Shown here piece after piece: positions 12,901 through 27,100 of a stretch of DNA of 64,000 nucleotides. The notes under the pieces were generated by a model that was given only the letters and a program-made list of their open reading frames with translations, ran no database searches and had not been told where the DNA came from. Source of the DNA: Eledone cirrhosa (lineage: Eukaryota); the NCBI GenBank assembly GCA_964016885.1, contig OZ024755.1, positions 43,090,001 through 43,154,000 of the forward strand, in the 5' to 3' direction. The translations under genes and the position numbers were made by a program. Each line of letters begins with the position of its first letter. Position 1 is the first letter of the stretch.

Positions 12901-15900
12901 CTTAGATTAGCTTAGGATAGCTTAGCTTAGCTTAGCTTAGGATAACTTAGCTTAGCTTAGCTTAGGATAGCTTAGCTTAGCTTAGCTTAGGATAGCTTAG
13001 CTTAGCTTAGCTTAGGATAGCTTAGCTTAGCTTAGCTTAGGATAGCTTAGGATAGCTTAGCTTAGGATAGCTTAGGATAGCTTAGCTTAGGATAGCTTAG
13101 GATAGCTTAGCTTAGGATAGCTTAGGATAGCTTAGCTTAGGATAGCTTAGCTTAGGATAGCTTAGGATAGCTTAGCTTAGCTTAGCTTAGGATAGCTTAG
13201 CTTAGCTTAGCTTAGGATAGCTTAGCTTAGCTTAGCTTAGGATAGCTTAGCTTAGCTTAGCTTAGGATAGCTTAGCTTAGCTTAGCTTAGGATAGCTTAG
13301 CTTAGGATAGCTTAGCTTAGGATAGCTTAGGATAGCTTAGCTTAGGATAGCTTAGCTTAGGATAGCTTAGCTTAGGATAGCTTAGGATAGCTTAGCTTAG
13401 GATAGCTTAAGATAGCTTAGCTTAGGATAGCTTAGCTTAGCTTAGGATAGCTTAGTTTAGCTTAGCTTAGGATAGCTTAGCTTAGCTTAGGATAGCTTAG
13501 CTTAGCTTAGGATAGCTTAGCTTAGCTATGCTTAGGATAGCTTAGCTTAGCTTAGCTTAGGATAGCTTAGCTTAGCTTAGCTTAGGATAGCTTAGCTTAG
13601 CTTAGCTTAGGATAGCTTAGCTTAGCTTAGCTTAGGGTAGCTTAGCTTAGCTTAGGATAGCTTAGCTTAGCTTAGGATAGCTTAGCTTAGCTTAGGATAG
13701 CTTAGCTTAGCTTAGCTTAGGATAGCTTAGCTTAGCTTTGCTTAGGATAGCTTAGCTTAGCTTAGCTTAGGATAGCTTAGCTTAGGTTAGCTTAGGATAG
13801 CTTAGCTTAGCTTAGCTTAGGATAGCTTAGCTTAGCTTAGCTTAGGATAGCTTAGCTTAGCTTAGCTTAGGATAGCTTAGATTAGCTTAGCTTAGGATAG
13901 CTTAGCTTAGCTTAGGATAGCTTAGCTTAGCTTAGCTTAGGATAGCTTAGCTTAGCTTAGCTTAGGATAGCTTAGCTTAGCTTAGCTTAGGATAGCTTAG
14001 CTTAGCTTAGCTTAGGATAGCTTAGCTTAGCTTAGCTTAGGATAGCTTAGCTTAGCTTAGCTTAGGATAGCTTAGCTTAGGATAGCTTAGGATAGCTTAG
14101 CTTAGGATAGCTTAGGATAGCTTAGCTTAGGATAGCTTAGGATAGCTTAGCTTAGGATAGCTTAGGATAGCTTAGCTTAGCTTAGCTTAGCTTAGCTTAG
14201 CTTAGCTTAGCTTAGGATAGCTTAGCTTAGGATAGCTTAGGATAGCTTAGCTTAGGATAGCTTAGCTTAGGATAGCTTAGCTTAGGATAGCTTAGCTTAG
14301 GATAGCTTTGCTTAGGATAGCTTAGGATAGCTTAGCTTAGGATAGCTTAAGATAGCTTAGCTTAGGATAGCTTAGCTTAGGATAGCTTTGGATAGCTTAG
14401 CTTAGCTTAGCTTAGGATAGCTTAGTTTAGCTTAGCTTAGGATAGCTTAGCTTAGCTTAGGATAGCTTAGCTTAGCTTTGCTTAGGATAGCTTAGCTTAG
14501 GATAGCTTAGCTTAGCTTAGCTTAGGATAGCTTAGCTTAGCTTAGCTTAGGATAGCTTAGCTTAGCTTAGCTTAGGATAGCTTAGCTTAGCTTAGGATAG
14601 CTTAGCTTAGCTTAGGATAGCTTAGCTTAGCTTAGCTTAGGATAGCTTAGCTTAGCTTTGCTTAGGATAGCTTAGCTTAGCTTAGCTTAGGATAGCTTAG
14701 CTTAGGTTAGCTTAGGATAGCTTAGCTTAGCTTAGGATAGCTTAGCTTAGCTTAGCTTAGGATAGCTTAGATTAGCTTAGCTTATGATAGCTTAGCTTAG
14801 CTTAGGATAGCTTAGCTTAGCTTAGCTTAGGATAGCTTAGCTTAGCTTAGCTTAGGATAGCTTAGCTTAGCTTAGCTTAGGATAGCTTAGCTTAGCTTAG
14901 CTTAGGATAGCTTAGCTTAGCTTAGCTTAGGATAACTTAGCTTAGCTTAGCTTAGCTTAGGATAGCTTAGCTTAGGATAGCTTAGCTTAGCTTAGGATAG
15001 CTTAGCTTAGCTTAGCTTAGGATAGCTTAGCTTAGGATAGCTTAGGATAGCTTAGCTTAGCTTAGCTTAGGATAGCTTAGCTTAGCTTAGCTTAGGATAG
15101 CTTAGCTTAGCTTAGCTTAGCTTAGCTTAGGATAGCTTAGCTTAGCTTAGCTTAGCTTAGCTTAGGATAGCTTAGCTTAGCTTAGCTTAGAATAGCTTAG
15201 CTTAGCTTAGCTTAGGATAGCTTAGCTTAGCTTGGCTTAGGATAGCTTAGCTTAGCTTAGCTTAGGATAGCTTAGCTTAGGATAGCTTAGCTTAGGATAG
15301 CTTAGCTTATGTTAGCTTAGCTTAGCTTAGGATAGCTTAGCTTATGTTAGCTTAGCTTAGCTTAGCTTAGGATAGCTTAGGATAGCTTAGCTTAGGATAG
15401 TTTAGCTTAGCTTAGCTTAGGATAGCTTAGCTTAGCTTAGCTTAGGATAGCTTAGCTTAGGATAGCTTAGCTTAGGATAGCTTAGGATAGCTTAGCTTAG
15501 GATAGCTTAGCTTAGGATAGCTTAGCTTAGGATAGCTTAGCTTAGGATAGCTTAGGATAGCTTAGCTTAGCTTAGCTTAGGATAGCTTAGCTTAGCTTAG
15601 CTTAGGATAGCTTAGCTTAGCTTAGCTTAGGATAGCTTAGCTTAGCTTAGCTTAGGATAGCTTAGCTTAGCTTAGCTTAGGATAGCTTAGCTTAGCTTAG
15701 CTTAGGATAGCTTAGCTTAGCTTAGCTTAGGATAGCTTAGCTTAGCTTAGCTTAGGATAGCTTAGCTTAGCTTAGCTTAGGATAGCTTAGCTTAGCTTAG
15801 GATAGCTTAGCTTAGCTTAGCTTAGGATAGCTTAGCTTAGCTTAGGATAGCTTAGCTTAGCTTAGGAGAGCTTAGCTTAGCTTAGGAGAGCTTAGCTTAG

Positions 15901-18350
15901 CTTAGCTTAGGATAGCTTAGCTTAGCTTAGCTTAGGATAGCTTAGCTTAGCTTAGCTTAGGATAGCTTAGCTTAGCTTAGCTTAGGATAGCTTAGCTTAG
16001 CTTAGCTTAGGATAGCTTAGCTTAGCTTAGCTTAGGATAGCTTAGGATAGCTTACCTTAGGAGAGCTTAGCTTAGGATAGCTTAGCTTAGGATAGTTTAG
16101 GATAGCTTAGCTTAGGATAGCTTAGCTTAGAATAGCTTAGCTTAGGATAGCTTAGGATAGCTTAGCTTAGGATATCTTAGCTTAGCTTAGCTTAGGATAG
16201 CTTAGCTTAGCTTAGCTTAGGATAGCTTAGGATAGCTTAGCTTAGGATAGCTTAGGATAGCTTAGCTTAGGATAGCTTAGCTTAGGATAGCTTAGGATAG
16301 CTTAGCTTAGCTTAGCTTAGGATAGCTTAGCTTAGCTTAGCTTTGGATAGCTTAGCTTAGCTTAGCTTTGAATAGCTTAGCTTAGCTTAGCTTAGGATAG
16401 CTTAGGATAGCTTAGCTTAGGATAGCTTAGGATAGTTTAGCTTAGGATAGCTTAGGATAGCTTAGCTTAGGATAGCTTAGGATAGCTTAGCTTAGGAATA
16501 GCTTAGCTTAGGAGAGCTTAGCTTAGCTTAGCTTAGGATAGCTTAGCTTGGGATAGCTTAGCTTAGGATAGCTTAGCTTAGGATAGCTTAGCTTAGGATA
16601 GCTTAGGATAGCTTAGCTTAGCTTAGCTTAGGCTAGCTTAGCTTAGCTTAGCCTAGGATAGCTTAGCTTAGCTTACGATAGCTTAGCTTAGCTTAGCTTA
16701 GGATAGCTTAGCTTAGCTTAGGATAGCTTAGCTTAGCTTTGCTTAGGATAGCTTAGCTTAGCTTAGCTTAGGATAGCTTAGCTTAGCTTAGCTTAGGATA
16801 GCTTAGCTTAGGATAGCTTAGCTTAGGATAGCTTAGCTTAGGATAGCTTAGCTTAGGATAGCTTAGGATAGCTTAGCTTAGGATAGCTTAGCTTAGCTTA
16901 GCTTAGGATAGCTTAGCTTAGGATAGCTTAGCTTAGGATAGCTTAGCTTAGCTTAGCTTAGGTTAGCTTAGCTTAGCTTAGCTTAGGATAGCTTAGCTTA
17001 GCTTAGCTTAGGATAGCTTAGCTTAGCTTAGCTTAGGATAGCTTAGCTTAGCTTAACTTAGGATAGCTTAGCTTAGCTTAGCTTAGGATAGCTTAGCTTA
17101 GCTTAGCTTAGGATAGCTTAGCTTAGCTTAGCTTAGGATAGCTTAGCTTAGCTTAGCTTAGCTTAGGATAGCTTAGCTTAGATTAGCTTAGGATAGCTTA
17201 GCTTAGCTTAGCTTAGGATAACTTAGCTTAGCTTAGCTTAGGATAGCTTAGCTTAGCTTAGCTTAGGATAGCTTAGCTTAGCTTAGCTTAGGATAGCTTA
17301 GCTTAGCTTAGCTTAGGATAGCTTAGGATAGCTTAGCTTAGGATAGCTTAGGATAGCTTAGCTTAGGATAGCTTAGGATAGCTTAGCTTAGGATAGCTTA
17401 GGATAGCTTAGCTTAGGATAGCTTAGCTTAGGATAGCTTAGGATAGCTTAGCTTAGCTTAGCTTAGGATAGCTTAGCTTAGCTTAGCTTAGGATAGCTTA
17501 GCTTAGCTTAGCTTAGGATAGCTTAGCTTAGCTTAGCTTAGGATAGCTTAGCTTAGCTTAGCTTAGGATAGCTTAGCTTAGGATAGCTTAGCTTAGGATA
17601 GCTTAGGATAGCTTAGCTTAGGATAGCTTAGCTTAGGATAGCTTAGCTTAGGATAGCTTAGGATAGCTTAGCTTAGGATAGCTTAAGATAGCTTAGCTTA
17701 GGATAGCTTAGCTTAGGATAGCTTAGGATAGCTTAGCTTAGCTTAGGATAGCTTAGTTTAGCTTAGCTTAGGATAGCTTAGCTTAGCTTAGGATAGCTTA
17801 GCTTAGCTTAGGATAGCTTAGCTTAGCTTTGCTTAGGATAGCTTAGCTTAGCTTAGCTTAGGATAGCTTAGCTTAGCTTAGCTTAGGATAGCTTAGCTTA
17901 GCTTAGCTTAGGATAGCTTAGCTTAGCTTAGCTTAGGGTAGCTTAGCTTAGCTTAGGATAGCTTAGCTTAGCTTAGGATAGCTTAGCTTAGCTTAGGATA
18001 GCTTAGCTTAGCTTAGCTTAGGATAGCTTAGCTTAGCTTTGCTTAGGATAGCTTAGCTTAGCTTAGCTTAGGATAGCTTAGCTTAGGTTAGCTTAGGATA
18101 GCTTAGCTTAGCTTAGCTTAGGATAGCTTAGCTTAGCTTAGCTTAGGATAGCTTAGCTTAGCTTAGCTTAGGATAGCTTAGATTAGCTTAGCTTAGGATA
18201 GCTTAGCTTAGCTTAGGATAGCTTAGCTTAGCTTAGCTTAGGATAGCTTAGCTTAGCTTAGCTTAGGATAGCTTAGCTTAGCTTAGCTTAGGATAGCTTA
18301 GCTTAGCTTAGCTTAGGATAGCTTAGCTTAGCTTAGCTCAGGATAGCTTA
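10000..18350 (+). repeat. ~4.1-4.3-kb higher-order duplication in the pentamer array (2 copies)
   Basis: CTTACC 11785/16051, GATATC 11905/16171 and the +1 insertion (G)AATAG 12231/16497 all have offset 4266. TTTG 10201/14307 has offset 4106, and CTTAGGGTAG 13631/17932 has offset 4301. Confidence 0.85.
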
Positions 18351-21249
18351 GCTTAGCTTAGCTTAGGATAGCTTAGCTTAGCTTAGCTTAGGATAACTTA
18401 GCTTAGCTTAGCTTAGCTTAGGATAGCTTAGCTTAGCTTAGCTTAGGATAGCTTAGCTTAGCTTAGCTTAGGATAGCTTAGCTTAGCTTAGCTTAGCTTA
18501 GGATAGCTTAGCTTAGCTTAGCTTAGGATAGCTTAGCTTAGCTTAGCTTAGCTTAGGATAGCTTAGCTTAGCTTAGCTTAGGATAGCTTAGCTTAGCTTA
18601 GCTTAGCTTAGCTTAGGATAGCTTAGCTTAGCTTAGCTTAGGATAGCTTAGCTTAGCTTAGCTTAGGATAGCTTAGCTTAGATTGGCTTAGGATAGCTTA
18701 GCTTAGCTTAGCTTAGCTTAGCTTAGGATAGCTTAGGATAGCTTAGCTTAGGATAGCTTAGGATAGCTTATCTTAGGATAGCTTAGCTTAGGATAGCTTA
18801 GCATAGCTTAGCTTAGGATAGCTTAGGATAGCTTAGCTTAGGATAGCTTAGCTTAGGATAGCTTAGGATAGCTTAGCTTAGCTTAGCTTTGGATAGCTTA
18901 GCTTAGCTTAGCTTAGGATAGCTTAGCTTAGCTTAGCTTAGGATAGCTTAGGATAGCTTAGCTTAGGATAGCTTAGGATAGCTTAGCTTAGGTAGCTTAG
19001 GATAGCTTAGCTTAGGATAGCTTAGGATAGCTTAGCTTAGGATAGCTTAGGATAGCTTAGCTTAGGATAGCTTAGCTTAGGATAGCTTAGCTTAGCTTAG
19101 CATAGGATAGCTTAGCTTAGCTTAGCTTAGGATAGCTTAGCTTAGCTTAGCTTAGGATAGCTTAGCTTAGGATAGCTTAGCTTAGGATAGCTTAGGATAG
19201 CTTAGCTTAGGATAGCTTAGGATAGCTTAGCTTAGGATAGCTTAGGATAGCTTAGCTTAGGATAGCTTAGCTTAGGATAGCTTAGGATAGCTTAGCTTAG
19301 GATAGCTTAGCTTAGGATAGCTTAGGATAGCTTAGCTTAGCTTAGGATAGCTTAGTTTAGCTTAGCTTAGGATAGCTTAGCTTAGCTTAGGATAGCTTAG
19401 CTTAGCTTAGGATAGCTTAGCTTAGCTTTGCTTAGGATAGCTTAGCTTAGCTTAGCTTAGGATAGCTTAGCTTAGCTTAGCTTAGGATAGCTTAGCTTAG
19501 CTTAGGATAGCTTAGCTTAGCTTAGGATAGCTTAGCTTAGCTTAGGATAGCTTAGCTTAGCTTAGCTTAGGATAGCTTAGCTTAGCTTTGCTTAGGATAG
19601 CTTAGCTTAGGTTAGCTTAGGATAGCTTAGCTTAGGATAGCTTAGCTTAGCTTAGCTTAGGATAGCTTAGCTTAGCTTAGCTTAGGATAGCTTAGATTAG
19701 CTTAGCTTAGGATAGCTTAACTTAGCTTAGCTTAGGATAGCTTAGCTTAGCTTAGCTTAGGATAGCTTAGCTTAGCTTAGCTTAGGATAACTTAGCTTAG
19801 CTTAGCTTAGCTTAGGATAGCTTAGCTTAGGATAGCTTAGCTTAGCTTAGCTTAGGATAGCTTAGCTTAGCTTAGCTTAGGATAGCTTAGCTTAGCTTAG
19901 CTTAGGATAGCTTAGCTTAGCTTAGCTTAGCTTAGGATAGCTTAGCTTAGCTTAGCTTAGGATAGCTTAGCTTAGCTTAGCTTAGCTTAGCTTAGCTTAG
20001 GATAGCTTAGCTTAGCTTAGCTTAGGATAGCTTAGCTTAGCTTAGCTTAGGATAGCTTAGCTTAGCTTGGCTTAGGATAGCTTAGCTTAGCTTAGCTTAG
20101 GATAGCTTAGGATAGCTTAGCTTAGGATAGCTTAGGATAGCTTATCTTAGGATAGCTTAGCTTAGGATAGCTTAGGATAGCTTAGCTTAGGATAGCTTAG
20201 GATAGCTTAGCTTAGGATAGCTTAGCTTAGGATAGCTTAGGATAGCTTAGCTTAGCTTAGCTTTGGATAGCTTAGCTTAGCTTAGCTTTGGATAGCTTAG
20301 CTTAGCTTAGCTTTGGATAGCTTAGCTTAGCTTAGCTTTGGAAAGCTTAGCTTAGCTTAGCTTAGGATAGCTTAGCTTAGCTTAGCTTAGGATAGCTTAG
20401 GATAGCTTAGCTTAGGATAGCTTAGGATAGCTTAGCTTAGGATAGCTTAGCTTAGGATAGCTTAGCTTAGCTTAGCTTAGGATAGCTTAGCTTGGGATAG
20501 CTTAGGATAGCTTAGCTTAGGATAGCTTAGCTTAGGATAGCTTAGCTTAGGATAGCTTAGGATAGCTTAGCTTAGCTTAGCTTAGGATAGCTTAGCTTAG
20601 CTTAGCTTAGGATAGCTTAGCTTAGCTTAGGATAGCTTAGCTTAGCTTGGCTTAGGATAGCTTAGCTTAGCTTAGCTTAGGATAGCTTAGGATAGCTTAG
20701 CTTAGGATAGCTTAGGATAGCTTATCTTAGGATAGCTTAGCTTAGGATAGCTTAGCTTAGGATAGCTTAGCTTAGGATAGCTTAGGATAGCTTAGCTTAG
20801 GATAGCTTAGCTTAGGATAGCTTAGGATAGCTTAGCTTAGCTTAGCTTTGGATAGCTTAGCTTAGCTTAGCTTAGGATAGCTTAGGATAGCTTAGGATAG
20901 CTTAGCTTAGGATAGCTTAGGATAGCTTAGCTTAGGATAGCTTAGGATAGCTTAGCTTAGGATAGCATAGCTTAGGATAGCTTAGCTTAGCTTAGCTTAG
21001 GATAGCTTAGCTTGGGATAGCTTAGGATAGCTTAGCTTAGGATAGCTTAGCTTAGGATAGCTTAGCTTAGGATAGCTTAGGATAGCTTAGGATAGCTTAG
21101 CTTAGGATAGCTTAGCTTAGCTTAGCTTAGGATAGCTTAGCTTAGCTTAGGATAGCTTAGCTTAGCTTAGCTTAGGATAGCTTAGCTTAGCTTAGCTTAG
21201 GTAGCTTAGCTTAGCTTAGCTTAGGATAGCTTAGCTTAGCTTAGCTTAG

Positions 21250-24200
21250 GATATCTTAGGTTAGCTTAGGATAGCTTAGCTTAGCTTAGCTTAGGATAGC
21301 TTAGCTTAGGATAGCTTAGCTTAGGATAGCTTAGGATAGCTTAGCTTAGGATAGCTTAGGATAGCTTAGCTTAGGATAGCTTAGCTTAGCTTAGGATAGC
21401 TTAGCTTAGCTTAGGATAGCTTAGCTTAGCTTAGCTTAGGATAGCTTAGCTTAGGATAGCTTAGGATAGCTTAGCTTAGCTTAGCTTAGGATAGCTTAGC
21501 ATAGCTTAGGATAGCTTAGCTTAGCTTAGGATAGCTTAGCTTAGCTTAGGATAGCTTAGGATAGCTTAGCTTAGGATAGCTTAGCTTAGCTTAGGATAGC
21601 TTAGCTTAGCTTAGCTTAGGATAGCTTAGCTTAGCTTAGCTTAGGATAGCTTAGCTTAGCTTAGCTTAGGATAGCTTAGCTTAGCTTAGCTTAGGATAGC
21701 TTAGCTTAGCTTAGGATAGCTTAGCTTAGGATAGCTTAGCTTAGCTTAGGATAGCTTAGCTTAGCTTAGCTTAGGATAGCTTAGCTTAGCTTAGGAGAGC
21801 TTAGCTTAGCTCAGCTTAGGATAGCTTAGCTTAGCTTGGCTTAGGATAGCTTAGCTTAGCTTAGCTTAGGATAGCTTAGCTTGGCTTAGCTTAGGATAGC
21901 TTAGCTTAGATTAGCTTAGGATAGCTTAGCTTAGCTTAGCTTAGGATAGCTTAGCTTACTTTAGGATAGCTTAGCTTAGCTTAGCTTAGGATAGCTTAGC
22001 TTAGCTTGGCTTAGGATAGCTTAGCTTAGCTTAGCTTAGGATAGCTTAGCTTTGGATAGCTTAGCTTAGGATAGCTTAGCTTAGGATAGCTTAGGATAGC
22101 TTAGCTTAGGATAGCTTAGGATAGCTTAGCTTAGGATAGCTTAGGATAGCTTAGCTTAGGATAGCTTAGCTTAGGATAGCTTAGCTTAGCTTAGCTTAGG
22201 ATAGCTTAGCCTAGCTTAGCTTAGGATAGCTTAGGATAGCTTAGCTTAGGATAGCTTAGGATAGCTTAGCTTAGGATAGCTTAGCTTAGGATAGCTTAGC
22301 TTAGGATAGCTTAGCTTAGGATAGCTTAGCTTAGCTTAGGTTAGCTTAGCTTAGGATAGCTTACGATAGCTTAGCTTAGGATAGCTTAGCTTAGGATAGC
22401 TTAGGATAGCTTAGCTTAGCTTAGCTTAGGATAGCTTAGCTTAGCTTAGCTAAGGATAGCTTAGCTTAGCTTAGGATAGCTTAGCTTAGCTTAGCTTAGG
22501 ATAGCTTAGCTTAGCTTAGCTTAGGATAGCTTAGCTTAGCTTAGCTTAGGATAGCTTAGCTTAGCTTAGGATAGCTTAGCTTAGCTTAGCTTAGGATAGC
22601 TTAGGATAGCTTAGCTTAGCTTAGCTTAGGATAGCTTAGCTTAGCTTAGGATAGCTTAGCTTAGCTTGGCTTAGGATAGCTTAGCTTAGCTTGGCTTAGG
22701 ATAGCTTAGCTTAGCTTAGGATAGCTTAGCTTAGCTTAGCTTAGGATAGCTTAGCTTAGCTTAGCTTAGGATAGCTTAGCTTAGCTTAGCTTAGGATAGC
22801 TTAGCTTAGCTTAGGATAGCTTAGCTTAGCTTAGCTTACGATAGCTTAGCTTAGCTTAGCTTAGGATAGCTTAGCTTAGCTTAGCATAGCTTAGCTTAGC
22901 TTAGCTTAGGAGAGCTTAGCTTAGCTTAGCTTAGGATAGCTTAGCTTAGCTTAGCTTAGGATAGCTTAGCTTAGCTTAGCTAAGGATAGCTTAGCTTAGC
23001 TTAGCTTAGGATAGCTTAGCTTAGCTTAGCTTAGGATAGCTTAGGATAGCTTAGGATAGCTTACCTTAGGAGAGCTTAGCTTAGGATAGCTTAGCTTAGG
23101 ATAGCTTAGGATAGCTTAGCTTAGGATAGCTTAGGATAGCTTAGCTTAGCTTAGCTTAGGTTAGCTTAGCTTAGCTTAGCTTAGGATAGCTTAGCTTAGC
23201 TTAGCTTAGGATAGCTTAGCTTATGATAGCTTAGGATAGCTTAGCTTAGCTTAGCTTAGGTTAGCTTAGCTTAGCTTAGCTTAGGTTAGCTTAGCTTAGC
23301 TTAGCTTAGGATAGCTTAGCTTAGCTTAGCTTAGGATAGCTTAGCTTAGCTTAGCTTAGGATAGCTTAGCTTAGCTTAACTTAGGATAGCTTAGCTTAGC
23401 TTAGCTTAGGATAGCTTAGCTTAGCTTAGCTTAGGATAGCTTAGCTTAGCTTAGCTTAGGATAGCTTAGCTTAGCTTAGCTTAGGATAGCTTAGCTTAGC
23501 TTAGCTTAGGATAGCTTAGCTTAGCTTAGCTTAGGATAGCTTAGCTTAGCTTAGCTTAGGATAGCTTAGGATAGCTTAGCTTAGGATAGCTTAGGATAGC
23601 TTAGCTTAGGATAGCTTAGGATAGCTTAGCTTAGGATAGCTTAGCTTAGGATAGCTTAGGATAGCTTAGCTTAGCTTAGCTTAGGATAGCTTAGCTTAGC
23701 TTAGCTTAGGATAGCTTAGCTTAGGATAGCTTAGCTTAGCTTAGCTTAGGATAGCTTAGCTTAGCTTAGGATAGCTTAGCTTAGGATAGCTTAGCTTAGG
23801 ATAGCTTAGGATAGCTTAGCTTAGGATAGCTTAGGATAGCTTAGCTTAGGATAGCTTAGCTTAGGATAGCATAGCTTAGGATAGCTTAGGATAGCTTAGC
23901 TTAGGATAGCTTAAGATAGCTTAGCTTAGGATAGCTTAGCTTAGGATAGCTTAGGATAGCTTAGCTTAGCTTAGGATAGCTTAGTTTAGCTTAGCTTAGG
24001 ATAGCTTAGCTTAGCTTAGCTTAGGATAGCTTAGATTAGCTTAGCTTAGGATAGCTTAGCTTAGCTTAGGATAGCTTAGCTTAGCTTAGCTTAGGATAGC
24101 TTAGCTTAGCTTAGCTTAGGATAGCTTAGCTTAGCTTAGCTTAGGATAGCTTAGCTTAGCTTAGCTTAGGATAGCTTAGCTTAGCTTAGCTTAGGATAGC

Positions 24201-27100
24201 TTAGCTTAGCTTAGCTTAGGATAGCTTAGCTTAGCTTAGCTTAGGATAGCTTAGCTTAGCTTAGCTTAGGATAGCTTAGCTTAGCTTAGCTTAGGATAAC
24301 TTAGCTTAGCTTAGCTTAGCTTAGGATAGCTTAGCTTAGGATAGCTTAGCTTAGCTTAGCTTAGGATAGCTTAGCTTAGCTTAGCTTAGGATAGCTTAGC
24401 TTAGCTTAGCTTAGGATAGCTTAGCTTAGCTTAGCTTAGCTTAGGATAGCTTAGCTTAGCTTAGCTTAGGATAGCTTAGCTTAGCTTAGCTTAGCTTAGC
24501 TTAGGATAGCTTAGCTTAGCTTAGGATAGCTTAGCTTAGCTTGGCTTAGGATAGCTTAGCTTAGCTTAGCTTAGGATAGCTTAGGATAGCTTAGCTTAGG
24601 ATAGCTTAGGATAGCTTAGCTTAGGATAGCTTAGCTTAGGATAGCTTAGCTTAGCTTAGCTTAGGATAGCTTAGCTTAGGATAGCTTAGGATAGCTTAGC
24701 TTAGGATAGCTTAGCTTAGGATAGCTTAGGATAGCTTAGCTTAGCTTAGCTTTGGATAGCTTAGCTTAGCTTAGCTTTGGATAGCTTAGCTTTGGATAGC
24801 TTAGCTTAGCTTAGCTTAGGATAGCTTAGCTTAGCTTAGCTTAGGATAGCTTAGGATAGCTTAGCTTAGGATAGCTTAGCTTAGGATAGCTTAGGATAGC
24901 TTAGCTTAGCTTAGCTTTGGATAGCTTAGCTTAGCTTAGCTTTGGATAGCTTAGCTTAGCTTAGCTTTGGATAGCTTAGCTTAGCTTAGCTTTGGATAGC
25001 TTAGCTTAGCTTAGCTTAGGATAGCTTAGCTTAGCTTAGCTTAGGATAGCTTAGCTTAGCTTAGCTTAGGATATCTTAGGTTAGCTTAGGATAGCTTAGC
25101 TTAGCTTAGCTTAGGATAGCTTAGCTTAGGATAGCTTAGCTTAGGATAGCTTAGCTTAGGATAGCTTAGGATAGCTTAGCTTAGGATAGCTTAGGATAGC
25201 TTAGCTTAGGATAGCTTAGCTTAGGATAGCTTAGGATAGCTTAGCTTAGGATAGCTTAGCTTAGCTTAGGATAGCTTAGCTTAGCTTAGGATAGCTTAGC
25301 TTAGCTTAGGATAGCTTAGCTTAGGATAGCTTAGGATAGCTTAGCTTAGCTTAGCTTAGGATAGCTTAGCATAGCTTAGGATAGCTTAGCTTAGCTTAGG
25401 ATAGCTTAGCTTAGCTTAGGATAGCTTAGGATAGCTTAGCTTAGGATAGCTTAGCTTAGCTTAGCTTAGGATAGCTTAGCTTAGCTTAGCTTAGGATAGC
25501 TTAGCTTAACTTAGCTTAGGATAGCTTAGCTTAGCTTAGCTTAGGATAGCTTAGCTTAGCTTAGCTTAGGATAGCTTAGCTTAGCTTAGGATAGCTTAGC
25601 TTAGCTTAGCTTAGGATAGCTTAGCTTAGCTTAGGAGAGCTTAGCTTAGCTCAGCTTAGGATAGCTTAGCTTAGCTTGGCTTAGGATAGCTTAGCTTAGC
25701 TTAGCTTCGGATAGCTTAGCTTGGCTTAGCTTAGGATAGCTTAGCTTAGATTAGCTTAGGATAGCTTAGCTTAGCTTAGCTTAGGATAGCTTAGCTTACT
25801 TTAGGATAGCTTAGCTTAGCTTAGCTTAGGATAGCTTAGCTTAGCTTGGCTTAGGATAGCTTAGCTTAGCTTAGCTTAGGATAGCTTAGCTTTGGATAGC
25901 TTAGGATAGCTTAGCTTAGGATAGCTTAGCTTAGGATAGCTTAGCTTAGGATAGCTTAGGATAGCTTAGCTTAGGATAGCTTAGGATAGCTTAGCTTAGG
26001 ATAGCTTAGGATAGCTTAGCTTAGGATAGCTTAGCTTAGGATAGCTTAGCTTAGCTTAGCTTAGGATAGCTTAGCCTAGCTTAGCTTAGGATAGCTTAGG
26101 ATAGCTTAGCTTAGGATAGCTTTGGATAGCTTAGCTTAGGATAGCTTAGCTTAGGATAGCTTAGCTTAGGATAGCTTAGGATAGCTTAGCTTAGCATAGG
26201 ATAGCTTAGCTTAGCTTAGCTTAGCTTAGCTTAGGATAGCTTAGCTTAGCTTAGCTTAGGATAGCTTAGGATAGCTTAGGATAGCTTAGGATAGCTTAGC
26301 TTAGGATAGCTTAGCTTAGGATAGCTTAGCTTAGGATAGCTTAGCTTAGCTTAGCTTAGGTTAGCTTAGCTTAGGATAGCTTACGATAGCTTAGCTTAGG
26401 ATAGCTTAGCTTAGGATAGCTTAGGATAGCTTAGCTTAGCTTAGCTAAGGATAGCTTAGCTTAGCTTAGGATAGCTTAGCTTAGCTTAGCTTAGGATAGC
26501 TTAGCTTAGCTTAGCTTAGGATAGCTTAGCTTAGCTTAGCTTAGGATAGCTTAGCTTAGCTTAGGATAGCTTAGCTTAGCTTAGCTTAGGATAGCTTAGC
26601 TTAGCTTAGGATAGCTTAGCTTAGCTTAGCTTAGGATAGCTTAGGATAGCTTAGGATAGCTTAGGATAGCTTAGCTTAGGATAGCTTAGCTTAGGATAGC
26701 TTAGCTTAGGATAGCTTAGCTTAGCTTAGCTTAGGATAGCTTAGCTTAGCTTGGCTTAGGATAGCTTAGCTTAGCTTAGCTTAGGATAGCTTAGCTTAGC
26801 TTAGCTTAGGATAGCTTAGCTTAGCTTAGCTTAGGATAGCTTAGCTTAGCTTAGCTTAGGATAGCTTAGCTTAGCTTAGCTTAGGATAGCTTAGCTTAGC
26901 TTAGCTTAGGATAGCTTAGCTTAGCTTAGGATAGCTTAGCTTAGCTTAGCTTAGGATAGCTTAGCTTAGCTTAGGATAGCTTAGCTTAGCTTAGCTTAGG
27001 ATAGCTTAGCTTAGCTTAGGATAGCTTAGCTTAGCTTAGCTTAGGATAGCTTAGCTTAGCTTAGCATAGCTTAGCTTAGCTTAGCTTAGGATAGGATAGC
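21250..27100 (+). repeat. ~3.8-kb-offset duplication in the pentamer array
   Basis: ATATCTTAGGTTAG 21251/25071 (offset 3820), TCAGC 21811/25651 and TTAGCTTACT 21951/25791 (3840), TTACG 22361/26381 (4020). Confidence 0.8.
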